From: a virus | Direction: 5' to 3' (one strand) | IMG/VR virus record: IMGVR_UViG_3300044614_002617 | Coordinates: 32,001-96,000 of that record | Length of the DNA stretch: 64,000 nt | Shown here: positions 54,412 to 63,660 of the stretch, one piece after another | Numbering within the stretch: position 1 is the stretch's first letter | Layout of the letters: every line of letters starts with the position of its first letter | Made by a program: the position numbers and the translations under genes | Notes under the pieces: generated by a model | Database searches by the model: none | Told to the model about the DNA's origin: nothing | Seen by the model: only the letters and a program-made list of their open reading frames with translations

Positions 54412-57072
54412 GTGAAAACACTCAAAGACCTAACAGATAGAATTGCTGCAGAACACGGCTTGGAGTGGTACCAACCCCTTAATAAAGCTGAAGATTCTGC
54501 TGGCATGACAGCTATTCACTTGGGTAACGGTTATTCACTGCACCATGAGCATTCTGAAAACGGCCATGACATTTGGGCTGTTGGGTTTAATGGCGAGCGT
54601 GCTGGCACCTTCATGTTAAGAACAGAAGACACTCGCAGAGGCAAGCCAATGGTGGCTTGGGCTGGCTTAGAGAAGCCACATAGAGGTAAAGGAATTGGAA
54701 CTCTTGCCTATAAAGCGTTAGCTGTTCATTACGGGGGGCTAGACTCAGATAAAGCATCGTCATCCGATGAAGCTGTTAAGGCTTGGATAAGGGCTGGCGG
54801 GCGTCAAATGAAGATAAAAAGTCAATTTGGCAAGCCTCGATATACTTTGGATGGGGATAAAAAGAATCTACCTATTAAATGGAATGAAGATTTGATTAAG
54901 GGCTTTAAAAGCCAGTGGGGTGGCACTCTTCCCGACACAGACAATTCGCACGTCGAAAGAAATGAATGGTGGCACGGAACTCCATCGGGAAGATTTCCTC
55001 TTAATAATATTCACGTGGGCAGCAAGAAAGCCGCTCATGAAGCCTTAACCGCAACAATAGGGCATCCTGTTGAGGGCGAGTGGGATGGTACTAGAGAATA
55101 CGGAAAGACCTTACTGGCTGGCAAAAAAACCTTGGAAGCTAGAGGGATTTCTATTACCGGCTATTCAGCAGACGCTCCGCTTGAAGACCACTATCCCACG
55201 GGTAAAGCCAAGTATTCCGACGGAACACAAGTTTCTTCGTCGGAAAAACCTAATATGCTAAGATTCAAGATAAAAGGCAAAATGACCAGCCATCCGCATA
55301 CGCCGAGAACAGATATGGCCGCAAATGCAATAATGAAAAGAAAAGGTATAAAACAAGGAATTTATTATGTAAACGAGGGGGAAGACCCTGGCTCAATTAG
55401 CGCCGTTGTTCCTTCGGTAGAGCATTTAGAACAAATTAATAATTCTATTAAAAAATCCTCTGACCTTAACTCTCTCATCCAACAAGCCAAAACCCGTTTA
55501 GAAGGCGTCAAAAAGGTTGGCTCTCAAGAGTCACGCCCTATGATATTTGCCAACAAAGACGAAACAAAACATGGGTTTGTAACTGTAGACCCTTCTAAAA
55601 AAGGCCAATGGCGCGTCACTCATTTCGTCAAAGGCAAGCCCGCAGGTCATTCAGAAGCACCTACATTTAGCGATGCCATCAAAGTAGCTCATGAGTCAGG
55701 CTATAACGTCTTTAAAGAAATTCCTGAAGAGCAACTCTTTAAAGCAGAGTCTCTTGTTAAGGCTGCTCATCCGTCGGACCTTAAAAAGATGGTTAACAAA
55801 ACAAACCACGATGCTAAAGAAATTGTAGACGCCGCTCCTCATGCTGTTCACGCACCTGACCAAGAATATGTTAATTTTTTAAATGACCCAAAAGTTCAAA
55901 AAGGACTAGGAAGTAAAGACGTTGGTGGAATTTCAGCCAAGATGGTGCATAAAGTAGGCGATGAAACTTACATGGCTAAGCCTTACTATAAAAAAGTTGA
56001 GTCAGCTGCACGAGCAATAAATCCGCATCCGATTTCTGGTTGGGCTTCTATAGCTACTAAAAATCTTTATAATGCTGCAAATATTGGGCATTTATGTGAA
56101 GATGTATCTTTTCACGAGCATAACGGTATTCCCATGACTGTTCATAAGTTTGCCAAAAATGCTCATGAAGTTGGTGATCCTGGTTATGAGTATACCTTTC
56201 AAAACAGAATTAAAAATCCTAACATTGAAGCTCAAGGTAAAAAAATAGCAATTATGGATTTTTTAACAAATAATTTAGACCGCCATACCTCAAATATTAT
56301 GTTTCATCCAAATGAAAAAAAAACCGACCATAATCTTCTTGCTATTGACCACGAAAGAAGCTTTCAGTATAATAAAGGATGGGGCATCTTAGAGCCCCGT
56401 TATGCCGTTAACGAAAGACCTCGATCTTATTTCAATCATTCACTAGGGCTTAAGCCTTTTTCAATAAGTGACGAAACCGACTTACCTGAGCATCAAACAA
56501 CAAAGGCGTGGTGGCGAGCAAATAAAGATAATATATCAAATTCTTTTAATAAAGATATAGAAAGCATTAAAGACCCTTATCTTAAAAATCACATTAAAAC
56601 TAACTTTACAAAAAGATGGGAATGGCTTAATGAGCATTCTAATCCAGACCATTTTGATTTTTTTGATGCTGCCAATATCCCTGTTGAAATGACTAAGGAA
56701 CGTCTTCCAAAAACCGATTATCAAGCAATTATAAAAAACTTGCCTGATAATCCTTATAAGGCACTCGGCGTTATTGATGGTCTTTTTGCCAAAAAGCTAT
56801 CTTTTGCCACAAAAGAAACTTTGGTAGATCTTTGGGACCAACAAGTTGATAAGATGTCTGGAGAAGAAGTTGGTAACTATCTTAAGGATATTGAAAAAAC
56901 AAAAAATCATCCTCACCCCAAAGGCGCTTACGGGTCCTTAATGAACAGATTGGTTCAGGAAAATCATCAACAGGGAATACAGCATTTAGTACAAAATAAC
57001 ATAATAGATTCGCCATATTGGAAAGAAAAGTTTAAAGCAGTACTAAGATTAGGGGCACCAAAAAAACCATGA
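54412..57072 (+). CDS. Polyvalent protein: GNAT-like + ADP-ribosyltransferase-like + unknown + PI3/4K/HipA-like kinase domains
   Basis: GLEKPHRGKGIGTLAY; WHGT...HVGS..AA...YYVNEGED..S.S.VV; MAKP...DFLTNNLDRHTSNIM...AIDHERSF. Confidence 0.7.
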   Translation: MKTLKDLTDRIAAEHGLEWYQPLNKAEDSAGMTAIHLGNGYSLHHEHSENGHDIWAVGFNGERAGTFMLRTEDTRRGKPMVAWAGLEKPHRGKGIGTLAYKALAVHYGGLDSDKASSSDEAVKAWIRAGGRQMKIKSQFGKPRYTLDGDKKNLPIKWNEDLIKGFKSQWGGTLPDTDNSHVERNEWWHGTPSGRFPLNNIHVGSKKAAHEALTATIGHPVEGEWDGTREYGKTLLAGKKTLEARGISITGYSADAPLEDHYPTGKAKYSDGTQVSSSEKPNMLRFKIKGKMTSHPHTPRTDMAANAIMKRKGIKQGIYYVNEGEDPGSISAVVPSVEHLEQINNSIKKSSDLNSLIQQAKTRLEGVKKVGSQESRPMIFANKDETKHGFVTVDPSKKGQWRVTHFVKGKPAGHSEAPTFSDAIKVAHESGYNVFKEIPEEQLFKAESLVKAAHPSDLKKMVNKTNHDAKEIVDAAPHAVHAPDQEYVNFLNDPKVQKGLGSKDVGGISAKMVHKVGDETYMAKPYYKKVESAARAINPHPISGWASIATKNLYNAANIGHLCEDVSFHEHNGIPMTVHKFAKNAHEVGDPGYEYTFQNRIKNPNIEAQGKKIAIMDFLTNNLDRHTSNIMFHPNEKKTDHNLLAIDHERSFQYNKGWGILEPRYAVNERPRSYFNHSLGLKPFSISDETDLPEHQTTKAWWRANKDNISNSFNKDIESIKDPYLKNHIKTNFTKRWEWLNEHSNPDHFDFFDAANIPVEMTKERLPKTDYQAIIKNLPDNPYKALGVIDGLFAKKLSFATKETLVDLWDQQVDKMSGEEVGNYLKDIEKTKNHPHPKGAYGSLMNRLVQENHQQGIQHLVQNNIIDSPYWKEKFKAVLRLGAPKKP

Positions 57073-57734
57073 TTCTTCACATTAAGAGCCACGTGACTAG
57101 CTTTGAGTACTCAATTCCTGCAACTTATGAAGGAATTAAAAGCCTTTTTGATATGTTTCCTTTTGTAGAACAAATAGTTGCACACCATCATAATTTAAAT
57201 CAGGCTCTCGAAGAGATTGTCGAGTATCTTAGCTCTCACCATATGGATGCTTGGTTGTCAGCAGAAGCACCTCTTAAAAAATCAGAAGACAAAACCCGCG
57301 TAGCCTCTATTGTTGTCTGCAGTGGCGACAGGATGTTGATGCTTCAACGTAGAGATAACGACAAGTGGACATTCCCCGGTGGCCATTTGAACAACGGCGA
57401 GTCGTTTATTGACGGTGCTGTAAGAGAGTTGTTTGAAGAGGCAGGCATCAGAGCAAACCCAGATGAACTTATTCTTATGGGCGACAAACAGACTTTCCAA
57501 GGCAAGACTATCCATGTCTACCTATATAAAGTCAATAGCGAAATAGCAACTACAGCATCGAACGATCCAGACAAAGAAGCCAAACAATTCAAGTGGTTGC
57601 CACATATTTTACCAGAAGAAATTAAAGAAAACCTCTACATTCCTGTAGGAGACAACGCTTCTTTGAGTATGTTTATGAAGTATCTCTTAAGTCAGAAGAT
57701 TCAGGAGCTTAAAAGCAAAATAAATAAAGATTAA
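57069..57734 (+). CDS. Nudix hydrolase with N-terminal extension
   Basis: Complete Nudix box GHLNNGESFIDGAVRELFEEAGI; PLKKSED at the domain start. Confidence 0.9.
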   Translation: MILHIKSHVTSFEYSIPATYEGIKSLFDMFPFVEQIVAHHHNLNQALEEIVEYLSSHHMDAWLSAEAPLKKSEDKTRVASIVVCSGDRMLMLQRRDNDKWTFPGGHLNNGESFIDGAVRELFEEAGIRANPDELILMGDKQTFQGKTIHVYLYKVNSEIATTASNDPDKEAKQFKWLPHILPEEIKENLYIPVGDNASLSMFMKYLLSQKIQELKSKINKD

Positions 57735-57940
57735 TTTACATTTTCTTTATTATTGGGTTTGTTCTCAATGGCGCGAATTAATCTTGCCGCATAATGTCTG
57801 TGAAAGTCTTGATTTGTTTTGTTGGAAGGATTTTTTTCTAATTCATCTAAATAAGCCATCAAGATTAATTTAGCTACTCTATTATCTTCGCTAATTCTTC
57901 TTATAAGATTTTCGTCGATTTTATATTCTGTTTGGTTCAT
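57731..57940 (-). CDS. Hypothetical protein
   Basis: Coupled to 57937-58569. Confidence 0.5.
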   Translation of the reverse strand: MNQTEYKIDENLIRRISEDNRVAKLILMAYLDELEKNPSNKTNQDFHRHYAARLIRAIENKPNNKENVN

Positions 57941-58569
57941 CTTATTGATTTCTTTATATTTTCGTATTCTTCATCTTTGACGTGATAGTCCCCAGCGTTT
58001 GCCGACTTAATTTGCCTTGCTCCGTTAATATACCATTCTCCGCCATCGTCGGCAATTTTCTTAATTAGCTCTTCATATGTCATATACATTCTGGCTGCGC
58101 ACCTATTTAACAAACCATACTCTTGAGCATAACTTTTAATTCCTTGAATAAGCACCTCGGGGACTGTAGCCGTGGTTTTACTTCCAAAAACCAAATAATG
58201 ATGATGCACCATTAAAAGAGTATTGTCTCTAAAAACCCTAATAGTGCAGTGTTGATAAATCTCAAAAGCTGCACTGGCAGCAAAATCAGCAACGCAAATG
58301 GTTCTATAGCGAGACATCCTAGTAATAATGGCTTCGGCGGCATCAACATCTCCGCCATTGCTTGAAATATACATTAAAACTGTGTCGCCCGGCTTGGCAT
58401 CCTGAATGTGCTTATCAAACTGACTTACAGCCAGCCAATCAACATCAAAACTAAAATTAAATACTTTACTAGAACTTACTTGCATTTCTGCCAGCACTTC
58501 CGCTGGAATACTTGGAATGGGCTTTGTGCAAGCCATCAGAAGTATTAGTAAAAGTAAAAAATATTTCAT
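57937..58569 (-). CDS. ClpP-like (crotonase-fold) serine protease with lipoprotein signal
   Basis: LLILLMA-C lipobox; ISSNGGDV, AASAA, LMVHH. Confidence 0.75.
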   Translation of the reverse strand: MKYFLLLLILLMACTKPIPSIPAEVLAEMQVSSSKVFNFSFDVDWLAVSQFDKHIQDAKPGDTVLMYISSNGGDVDAAEAIITRMSRYRTICVADFAASAAFEIYQHCTIRVFRDNTLLMVHHHYLVFGSKTTATVPEVLIQGIKSYAQEYGLLNRCAARMYMTYEELIKKIADDGGEWYINGARQIKSANAGDYHVKDEEYENIKKSIR

Positions 58570-59129
58570 TTTATTATCCTTTTAGCAGGATAAAAAACAG
58601 AATGAACAAGGCGCACACACTGTTCTTTGGTAATAACATTTTTTTCCATCAACGTAAACAAGGCGTTTCTTGCTGCTATAGAAGGACTATATGATAGGCA
58701 CATGTGCAATACATTTAAAAAAACTTTTTCATCCTCATTTAAATCCGCGCGATACGTATTTATATGCTCTTCTAAATCCGCTCTAACAGCAGAAATACGC
58801 TCGTCAAGCTCTCGACGCTCTTTAACATTTTGCTGCAAGGTTTTTTCGATTTTTTTGGCAATTAATAGGTTGACGCCTAAACGATTTGACACTTTACTCA
58901 AACAAAACAACAAGATGCGCCTTGCTGCAAAATCATCTAAAAAGTTACCTGACAGGACAATATCAATTTTGTCTAAAGAATCTATGTGATTTAATCTAAC
59001 AAAGTCAACGATTGTACCTTGCCAATTAGGATCTAGTGTCTTCCAGATACGTGGGCCAGCCTCTGATATGTAATACACATCAAATCTGTTAATTTTTCTA
59101 GATGTATCAAGAAGTTTGCTTTCTTTCAT
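58566..59129 (-). CDS. Hypothetical protein
   Basis: 187-aa ORF in operon. Confidence 0.55.
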   Translation of the reverse strand: MKESKLLDTSRKINRFDVYYISEAGPRIWKTLDPNWQGTIVDFVRLNHIDSLDKIDIVLSGNFLDDFAARRILLFCLSKVSNRLGVNLLIAKKIEKTLQQNVKERRELDERISAVRADLEEHINTYRADLNEDEKVFLNVLHMCLSYSPSIAARNALFTLMEKNVITKEQCVRLVHSVFYPAKRIIK

Positions 59130-59134
59130 AGACT

Positions 59135-59356
59135 TTATTTCTTTAAGCCTTTCTTAGGTTTTACATTTATTAGGAGCTTGGTGGCCTTGCCTTCGAGAAT
59201 AGAAATAGCCATAGAGGCTGGCATAGATAACCAAGTCATTCCGCCGTCTTCTGTATAAATAGAGCAATGTTCTTTGCGGGTCAAAACACGGCAGACTTTG
59301 TCTGGATTAATCCAAACTTCATTTCCATCACTGTCTACAAAGCTAATAAGTTTCAT
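59135..59356 (-). CDS. Small hypothetical protein
   Basis: V.INPD.V..V pattern; ATGA overlap. Confidence 0.5.
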   Translation of the reverse strand: MKLISFVDSDGNEVWINPDKVCRVLTRKEHCSIYTEDGGMTWLSMPASMAISILEGKATKLLINVKPKKGLKK

Positions 59357-59703
59357 TTTTTCTTCCTTTTTTTAGTATAAACTTCCTCTTCTTCTTCGTC
59401 ATACTCCGCATACTTATCATACGCATCTTCGGCTTCGTCTTCATAATCATTCCGAGGATACCCCGGAGACTTATAGTTTTTCAACTTATCGTCTTTTTTT
59501 GGGGGTTCTTTAGGTTCTACTTTTTTAGTAATCACCACTTCAGCGCCGCCCGGTACCAACCTAATCTCTTGAGTAGGAAACCTAAACTGGACGTAAGTCA
59601 AGAACTCGTCTATTGTTTCTTTCTCTCTCTCCCATTTGAAATCAAAAATCTCGGTTACGGTTCTGCCGGTCACACATTCATACTTACGACTAGATACCTT
59701 CAA
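59353..59703 (-). CDS. Hypothetical protein with acidic/basic tail
   Basis: AGGAG RBS, TTG start. Confidence 0.5.
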   Translation of the reverse strand: MKVSSRKYECVTGRTVTEIFDFKWEREKETIDEFLTYVQFRFPTQEIRLVPGGAEVVITKKVEPKEPPKKDDKLKNYKSPGYPRNDYEDEAEDAYDKYAEYDEEEEEVYTKKRKKK

Positions 59704-59740
59704 CTTTTTCTCCTAAATAGAAGGTTAATCTTCTTCTATT

Positions 59741-60046
59741 TTAGTCGGGAAAATGACGTTTTAGTGCAAATTCAATAATTTTAGACACTTCTTCTTTGGC
59801 CATACCGCCATTTTTCATGCTTTCTACGGTATAGAGTAAAATACATGCCATTGCTTCATTTCTGTGATTTTGGTTCTTAATAGCGTTGAGCCTGTTGGCA
59901 AAGTCATGCGATAATAGGCTGACCAAAATTGAAATTTGATCTATTTTTTTATTCTTTTTTTCTTTTTTTTCATTAATATCAATAACTTTCAAGAGAATCC
60001 TTTCTGTATCTAAATAGTGTTGATTTTGTTGAATTTTATCAACCAA
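59741..60046 (-). CDS. Hypothetical protein
   Basis: 101-aa ORF; start uncertain. Confidence 0.45.
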   Translation of the reverse strand: MVDKIQQNQHYLDTERILLKVIDINEKKEKKNKKIDQISILVSLLSHDFANRLNAIKNQNHRNEAMACILLYTVESMKNGGMAKEEVSKIIEFALKRHFPD

Positions 60047-60103
60047 CCATTAAGATATAAAATGATGGTAGCCTAATTTGGCCAACGAGACAATGGAGAA
60101 CTT

Positions 60104-60691
60104 ATGGAAAAAAAAATTTTAGACTCAGCGCTTCCTCTGATCAAAGCCTATGAGGGTTGTCATCTTAAAGCATACAAATGTCCAGCGGGTGTTTGGACTA
60201 TTGGCTGGGGGCAAACTGGCAAAGATATTAAGGAAGGTGTTGTTTGGACTCAAGAACAGGCCGATGCTGCTTTGGAAAAAAGCGTTGCTGAGCTCACCAA
60301 GGGGGCTCTTGAGTTAATTAAAGTTCGCTTACGTCCAGAGCAGATTGGAGCCTTGGTGTCATTTGCCTATAACGTAGGACTTGGTGACCTTGCTAAGAGT
60401 ACTTTACTCAGACTTGTTAACGCTAAGGCCGATACAGAAGACATTGTTAAGCAGTTTCTTGTGTGGAACAAGGCAGGTGGCAAGCCACTTATGGGTTTAC
60501 TCTATAGGCGAGCTTCTGAAGCTCTTATGTTTAAGTCAGAAACCTTTAAAAGATTCAACTCTCTGGAGGAGATGGAACCTTACTTTGAAATTGAGCATGA
60601 ACTGTTGCCACCTAAACCGGTTACCCCAACCAAACCCAAGGCGGCCGCTACTCCAAAAACCAAATCATCAGCGCCCAAAAAGAAAGTTTAA
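60104..60691 (+). CDS. GH24 lysozyme (endolysin)
   Basis: IKAYEG..LKAYKCPAGVWTIGWG; ALVSFAYNVG; W.KAGGK.L.GL..RR..E. Confidence 0.92.
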   Translation: MEKKILDSALPLIKAYEGCHLKAYKCPAGVWTIGWGQTGKDIKEGVVWTQEQADAALEKSVAELTKGALELIKVRLRPEQIGALVSFAYNVGLGDLAKSTLLRLVNAKADTEDIVKQFLVWNKAGGKPLMGLLYRRASEALMFKSETFKRFNSLEEMEPYFEIEHELLPPKPVTPTKPKAAATPKTKSSAPKKKV

Positions 60692-60694
60692 TTT

Positions 60695-61255
60695 ATGCTA
60701 TTAGAATTATACAAAAAAATTCCTAATTGGGGCAAGATCGGAGTCGTCTGTATCGCAGTAGGTTACTTTATTGGACGTAACTCTGTTCCTGTCCACACAG
60801 AAACTACTACCGATAAGGTAGTGGTTGTTGAAAAAGAAAAGAACGAAGAAGAAACCAAGTCAACCGAAGAGTCTACTACAAAAAAGACTGGTCCTGTAAT
60901 TATTGTAAGAGAGGAGACAAGGCCAGACGGTACCAAAATTGTAGAAAGAACAAAACAAGGTGGAACTAAAGAAGAGACTAAAAGGAAAGAAGACAATTCT
61001 AAAAAAGTAGAAGAAAAGACAAAAGTAGTTGAAGTTATTAAAGAAGTTAAAGTTACAGAACCGTTTCCAAGCTATTCTATCGGTGCTCACATCAAGGCAC
61101 CTGTAGATGAAATTACTTCAAATCATTTAAAGAAAGAATTGGACGTAACCGCTGGATACAGAGTCTACAAGAAATTATGGCTAGAGGGGGTTGTTTCCTC
61201 CCCCCTTGATTTCAAAAAGCCAGCACTTGGTGTTGGATTTCGGGTCGAGTTTTAA
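60695..61255 (+). CDS. Membrane-anchored protein with C-terminal beta-strands (spanin-like candidate)
   Basis: N-terminal TM, charged T/E/K linker, ends GVGFRVEF; directly after endolysin. Confidence 0.5.
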   Translation: MLLELYKKIPNWGKIGVVCIAVGYFIGRNSVPVHTETTTDKVVVVEKEKNEEETKSTEESTTKKTGPVIIVREETRPDGTKIVERTKQGGTKEETKRKEDNSKKVEEKTKVVEVIKEVKVTEPFPSYSIGAHIKAPVDEITSNHLKKELDVTAGYRVYKKLWLEGVVSSPLDFKKPALGVGFRVEF

Positions 61256-61627
61256 TTATTCGGCGGATTTTTGTTTTTCAGACAACACAAAAGCAGCCAT
61301 TTGAATAGTAGCCTTATAGGGGGCGATAGCTTCTTTAAGGCCGCTTTCTAACAGCTTTTTAGCTTCCACGGCTCTTTGATACTCTTCATGAGCTTCTAGC
61401 TCTTCTTCGCCTCGCTGAACCTGAACCGCAGAGTTAGCAATGAGCTCTTCTAGCTCCTGCTGAGACATCTTAAGAACTTCTTGAATACGGTCAAAAGACA
61501 TAAACTTAGCGACTTTGCTATGAAGTTTTTTTGGCACTCCATACTCTTCGAGCATTCCCTTCTTTTCTTTAGAAGAGACATCATCGGTAACTGATTCATT
61601 TGAATGAATTTTTTTAAGTCTAGCCAT
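61256..61627 (-). CDS. Hypothetical helical protein
   Basis: AGGAG RBS. Confidence 0.55.
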   Translation of the reverse strand: MARLKKIHSNESVTDDVSSKEKKGMLEEYGVPKKLHSKVAKFMSFDRIQEVLKMSQQELEELIANSAVQVQRGEEELEAHEEYQRAVEAKKLLESGLKEAIAPYKATIQMAAFVLSEKQKSAE

Positions 61628-61641
61628 AATCAAAACTCCTA

Positions 61642-62121
61642 TTAATAAAGTAGTGCGTCGTCTTCGGAATCGGGCAAATCAATTTCTTCGTACACTGGTT
61701 GTTTCCTAACAGCCCTAACAACTTGTTGAGGTTGAGGTGCCACCTTTCTTGGCTGCTGCTGAGGCTGTTGAGGCTGCTGCGCTCTCTGTTGCTGCGAAGG
61801 CTGGCCAACAACGCTCCGCACTGATTGTACCAAAGCTTGTTGAAGCTTAACACAAGAATTTACAATATCTTCGACCTTTTGTTGCGCCAAAGACAAATCT
61901 TCCTCAACTGCCTCATTTCCCATTAAAGACTCTACGTGCTTTTCAGCTGCCTCAACAAAAATCTTATGAATAGCGTCCCCTTGTGACATACTCAAAAACG
62001 CATCGCGAATTGCTTTAGACTCTACGGCTTCAATAATCTGATTAGCCAGCTTAACTTTCTGCAGAGTAGAAAGTTTCTTGGGAGTTGGCTGCTCAGTGTA
62101 TTCTACTGGTTCTGCGCTCAT
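61642..62121 (-). CDS. Hypothetical protein with Gln-rich and acidic tail
   Basis: AAGGAG RBS before ATG 62121. Confidence 0.55.
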   Translation of the reverse strand: MSAEPVEYTEQPTPKKLSTLQKVKLANQIIEAVESKAIRDAFLSMSQGDAIHKIFVEAAEKHVESLMGNEAVEEDLSLAQQKVEDIVNSCVKLQQALVQSVRSVVGQPSQQQRAQQPQQPQQQPRKVAPQPQQVVRAVRKQPVYEEIDLPDSEDDALLY

Positions 62122-62131
62122 TGGTTCTCCT

Positions 62132-62470
62132 TCAGTCAGCGACTTCTTCTTGCGCATTTTCTGCTCCCCAAGTTACTGTGAGTTCTCGTATTTCCTTAAG
62201 GAGCAAAACACTAAACTCCTTCGATGTTGTATTCTCAATCAGAATACTCTTAATTTTTGAAAAAAACAAGGAGTGTATACGTTTTTTGGGTATTCTTCCA
62301 ACAACATGGCCATACACATCGATATCTTCCTTAAAGCCAAGATCGTCCAAAGTCTGCGACGCAGCAACCTCAACTTGTTCGCGTGGGAACCTACCCTTAC
62401 GGAAGGGAGTTGAGGCAATATCCGCTGCCACAGTCAAGCAATCTATAGCTGCCGACTTATCTCCCCTCAT
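62132..62470 (-). CDS. Hypothetical protein
   Basis: Follows recombinase gene. Confidence 0.55.
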   Translation of the reverse strand: MRGDKSAAIDCLTVAADIASTPFRKGRFPREQVEVAASQTLDDLGFKEDIDVYGHVVGRIPKKRIHSLFFSKIKSILIENTTSKEFSVLLLKEIRELTVTWGAENAQEEVAD

Positions 62471-62472
62471 GT

Positions 62473-63618
62473 TTAGTCCTCAAGATCTACATTAACTGTT
62501 TCGTTTTCTGACAATTTCATGGAAGCCGTCATACACTGACGCTCAACCGCTGAATAAGATGGAGTTCCCGGCACTAACGAGTCTTCTGTCTTCTCTTGAC
62601 CGTGGAACTTGTGCTCCATGCCCTTGTCATCCTTATATGCCCACCAATGAAGACTGGGTTTGCCAGAGTCTCCCGTTGGGTGATAAACGACTCCTAGCTT
62701 CTTGGCCAAATTAAAGAGCGACCTGTTCTTATTAACAATTTGACAAGTTTCCATGTTTACCTGAAACTCAACAACACGCCCTTCGACAGTATTGCGACTC
62801 TTAAGAACACGAGCGCGGATTGTCTTACCAACCTTAACGGCATCCTTATCGCTGTTCTCAATAGTATTATTGTCGGCAGTCAGGCCGGCATCTTTACGCT
62901 CTACAGACTCCATGAGGAGCATAAGGTCAGCTTGGTGCTTGAGCTTTTGTCCACCGGTCACAATCCACTTTTTAGGGCCGCTTGGGTCTGCTGCCATGTC
63001 TTGAATAGCGTGCTGAATCAAAAAGCAAGCAACCTTGTTTTCAGCAGAGATACGAGTCATAGCTTTAACGAGCGGACCCATAACCTTAGCCATACCGCCA
63101 AACTTGTTGCCCGCTTGCTCAATCTCACCCTCTTTGATCTTCTTTTCGTCGTATGCAGCGGTAGCGCCGCCCAATGAGTCTACACCAATTGCAACAAGGC
63201 TTCCGGGAGCTTCTTTAACACCCTCTTCAAGCATAGATAGTTTGGCAAACACTTTATCTGGCTCGTTAGAGCTAATAATCAATAGGCGGTCAAGGTCAAT
63301 TCCAAATTGAGCAAGACGGCGTACACGATCAGGTTTATTGTGCAAATAGTATTCAATATCAAAGATTACAGCGCCTGCTTCTGGATTGGCCTTCATGAGC
63401 TGACCGATCCAGTAGTACATTAGGAATGACTTACAAGCTCCGGGAACACCGGCAAGAATAGTAATCCGATCTGTGGGGATTTTGCCTGTTCCCCAGTTGA
63501 GTGCGGGATCTCCTGCGTCAAAGTTGGTTTTATCCTCCTGAGACGCAAGGTTAGCCGCCATCACTGCATAATCAAGGTCGCGGGTCAATTTAGAGAAATA
63601 ACTTGGAAGCTTAGCCAT
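62473..63618 (-). CDS. RecA/UvsX-like recombinase
   Basis: Walker A GVPGACKS, FDIE, VDSLG, TGGQKLKH, VLKSR. Confidence 0.85.
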   Translation of the reverse strand: MAKLPSYFSKLTRDLDYAVMAANLASQEDKTNFDAGDPALNWGTGKIPTDRITILAGVPGACKSFLMYYWIGQLMKANPEAGAVIFDIEYYLHNKPDRVRRLAQFGIDLDRLLIISSNEPDKVFAKLSMLEEGVKEAPGSLVAIGVDSLGGATAAYDEKKIKEGEIEQAGNKFGGMAKVMGPLVKAMTRISAENKVACFLIQHAIQDMAADPSGPKKWIVTGGQKLKHQADLMLLMESVERKDAGLTADNNTIENSDKDAVKVGKTIRARVLKSRNTVEGRVVEFQVNMETCQIVNKNRSLFNLAKKLGVVYHPTGDSGKPSLHWWAYKDDKGMEHKFHGQEKTEDSLVPGTPSYSAVERQCMTASMKLSENETVNVDLED

Positions 63619-63660
63619 AAAGTCCCCCTAACAATAAACAAAAATAAAACAAGACCCTGA

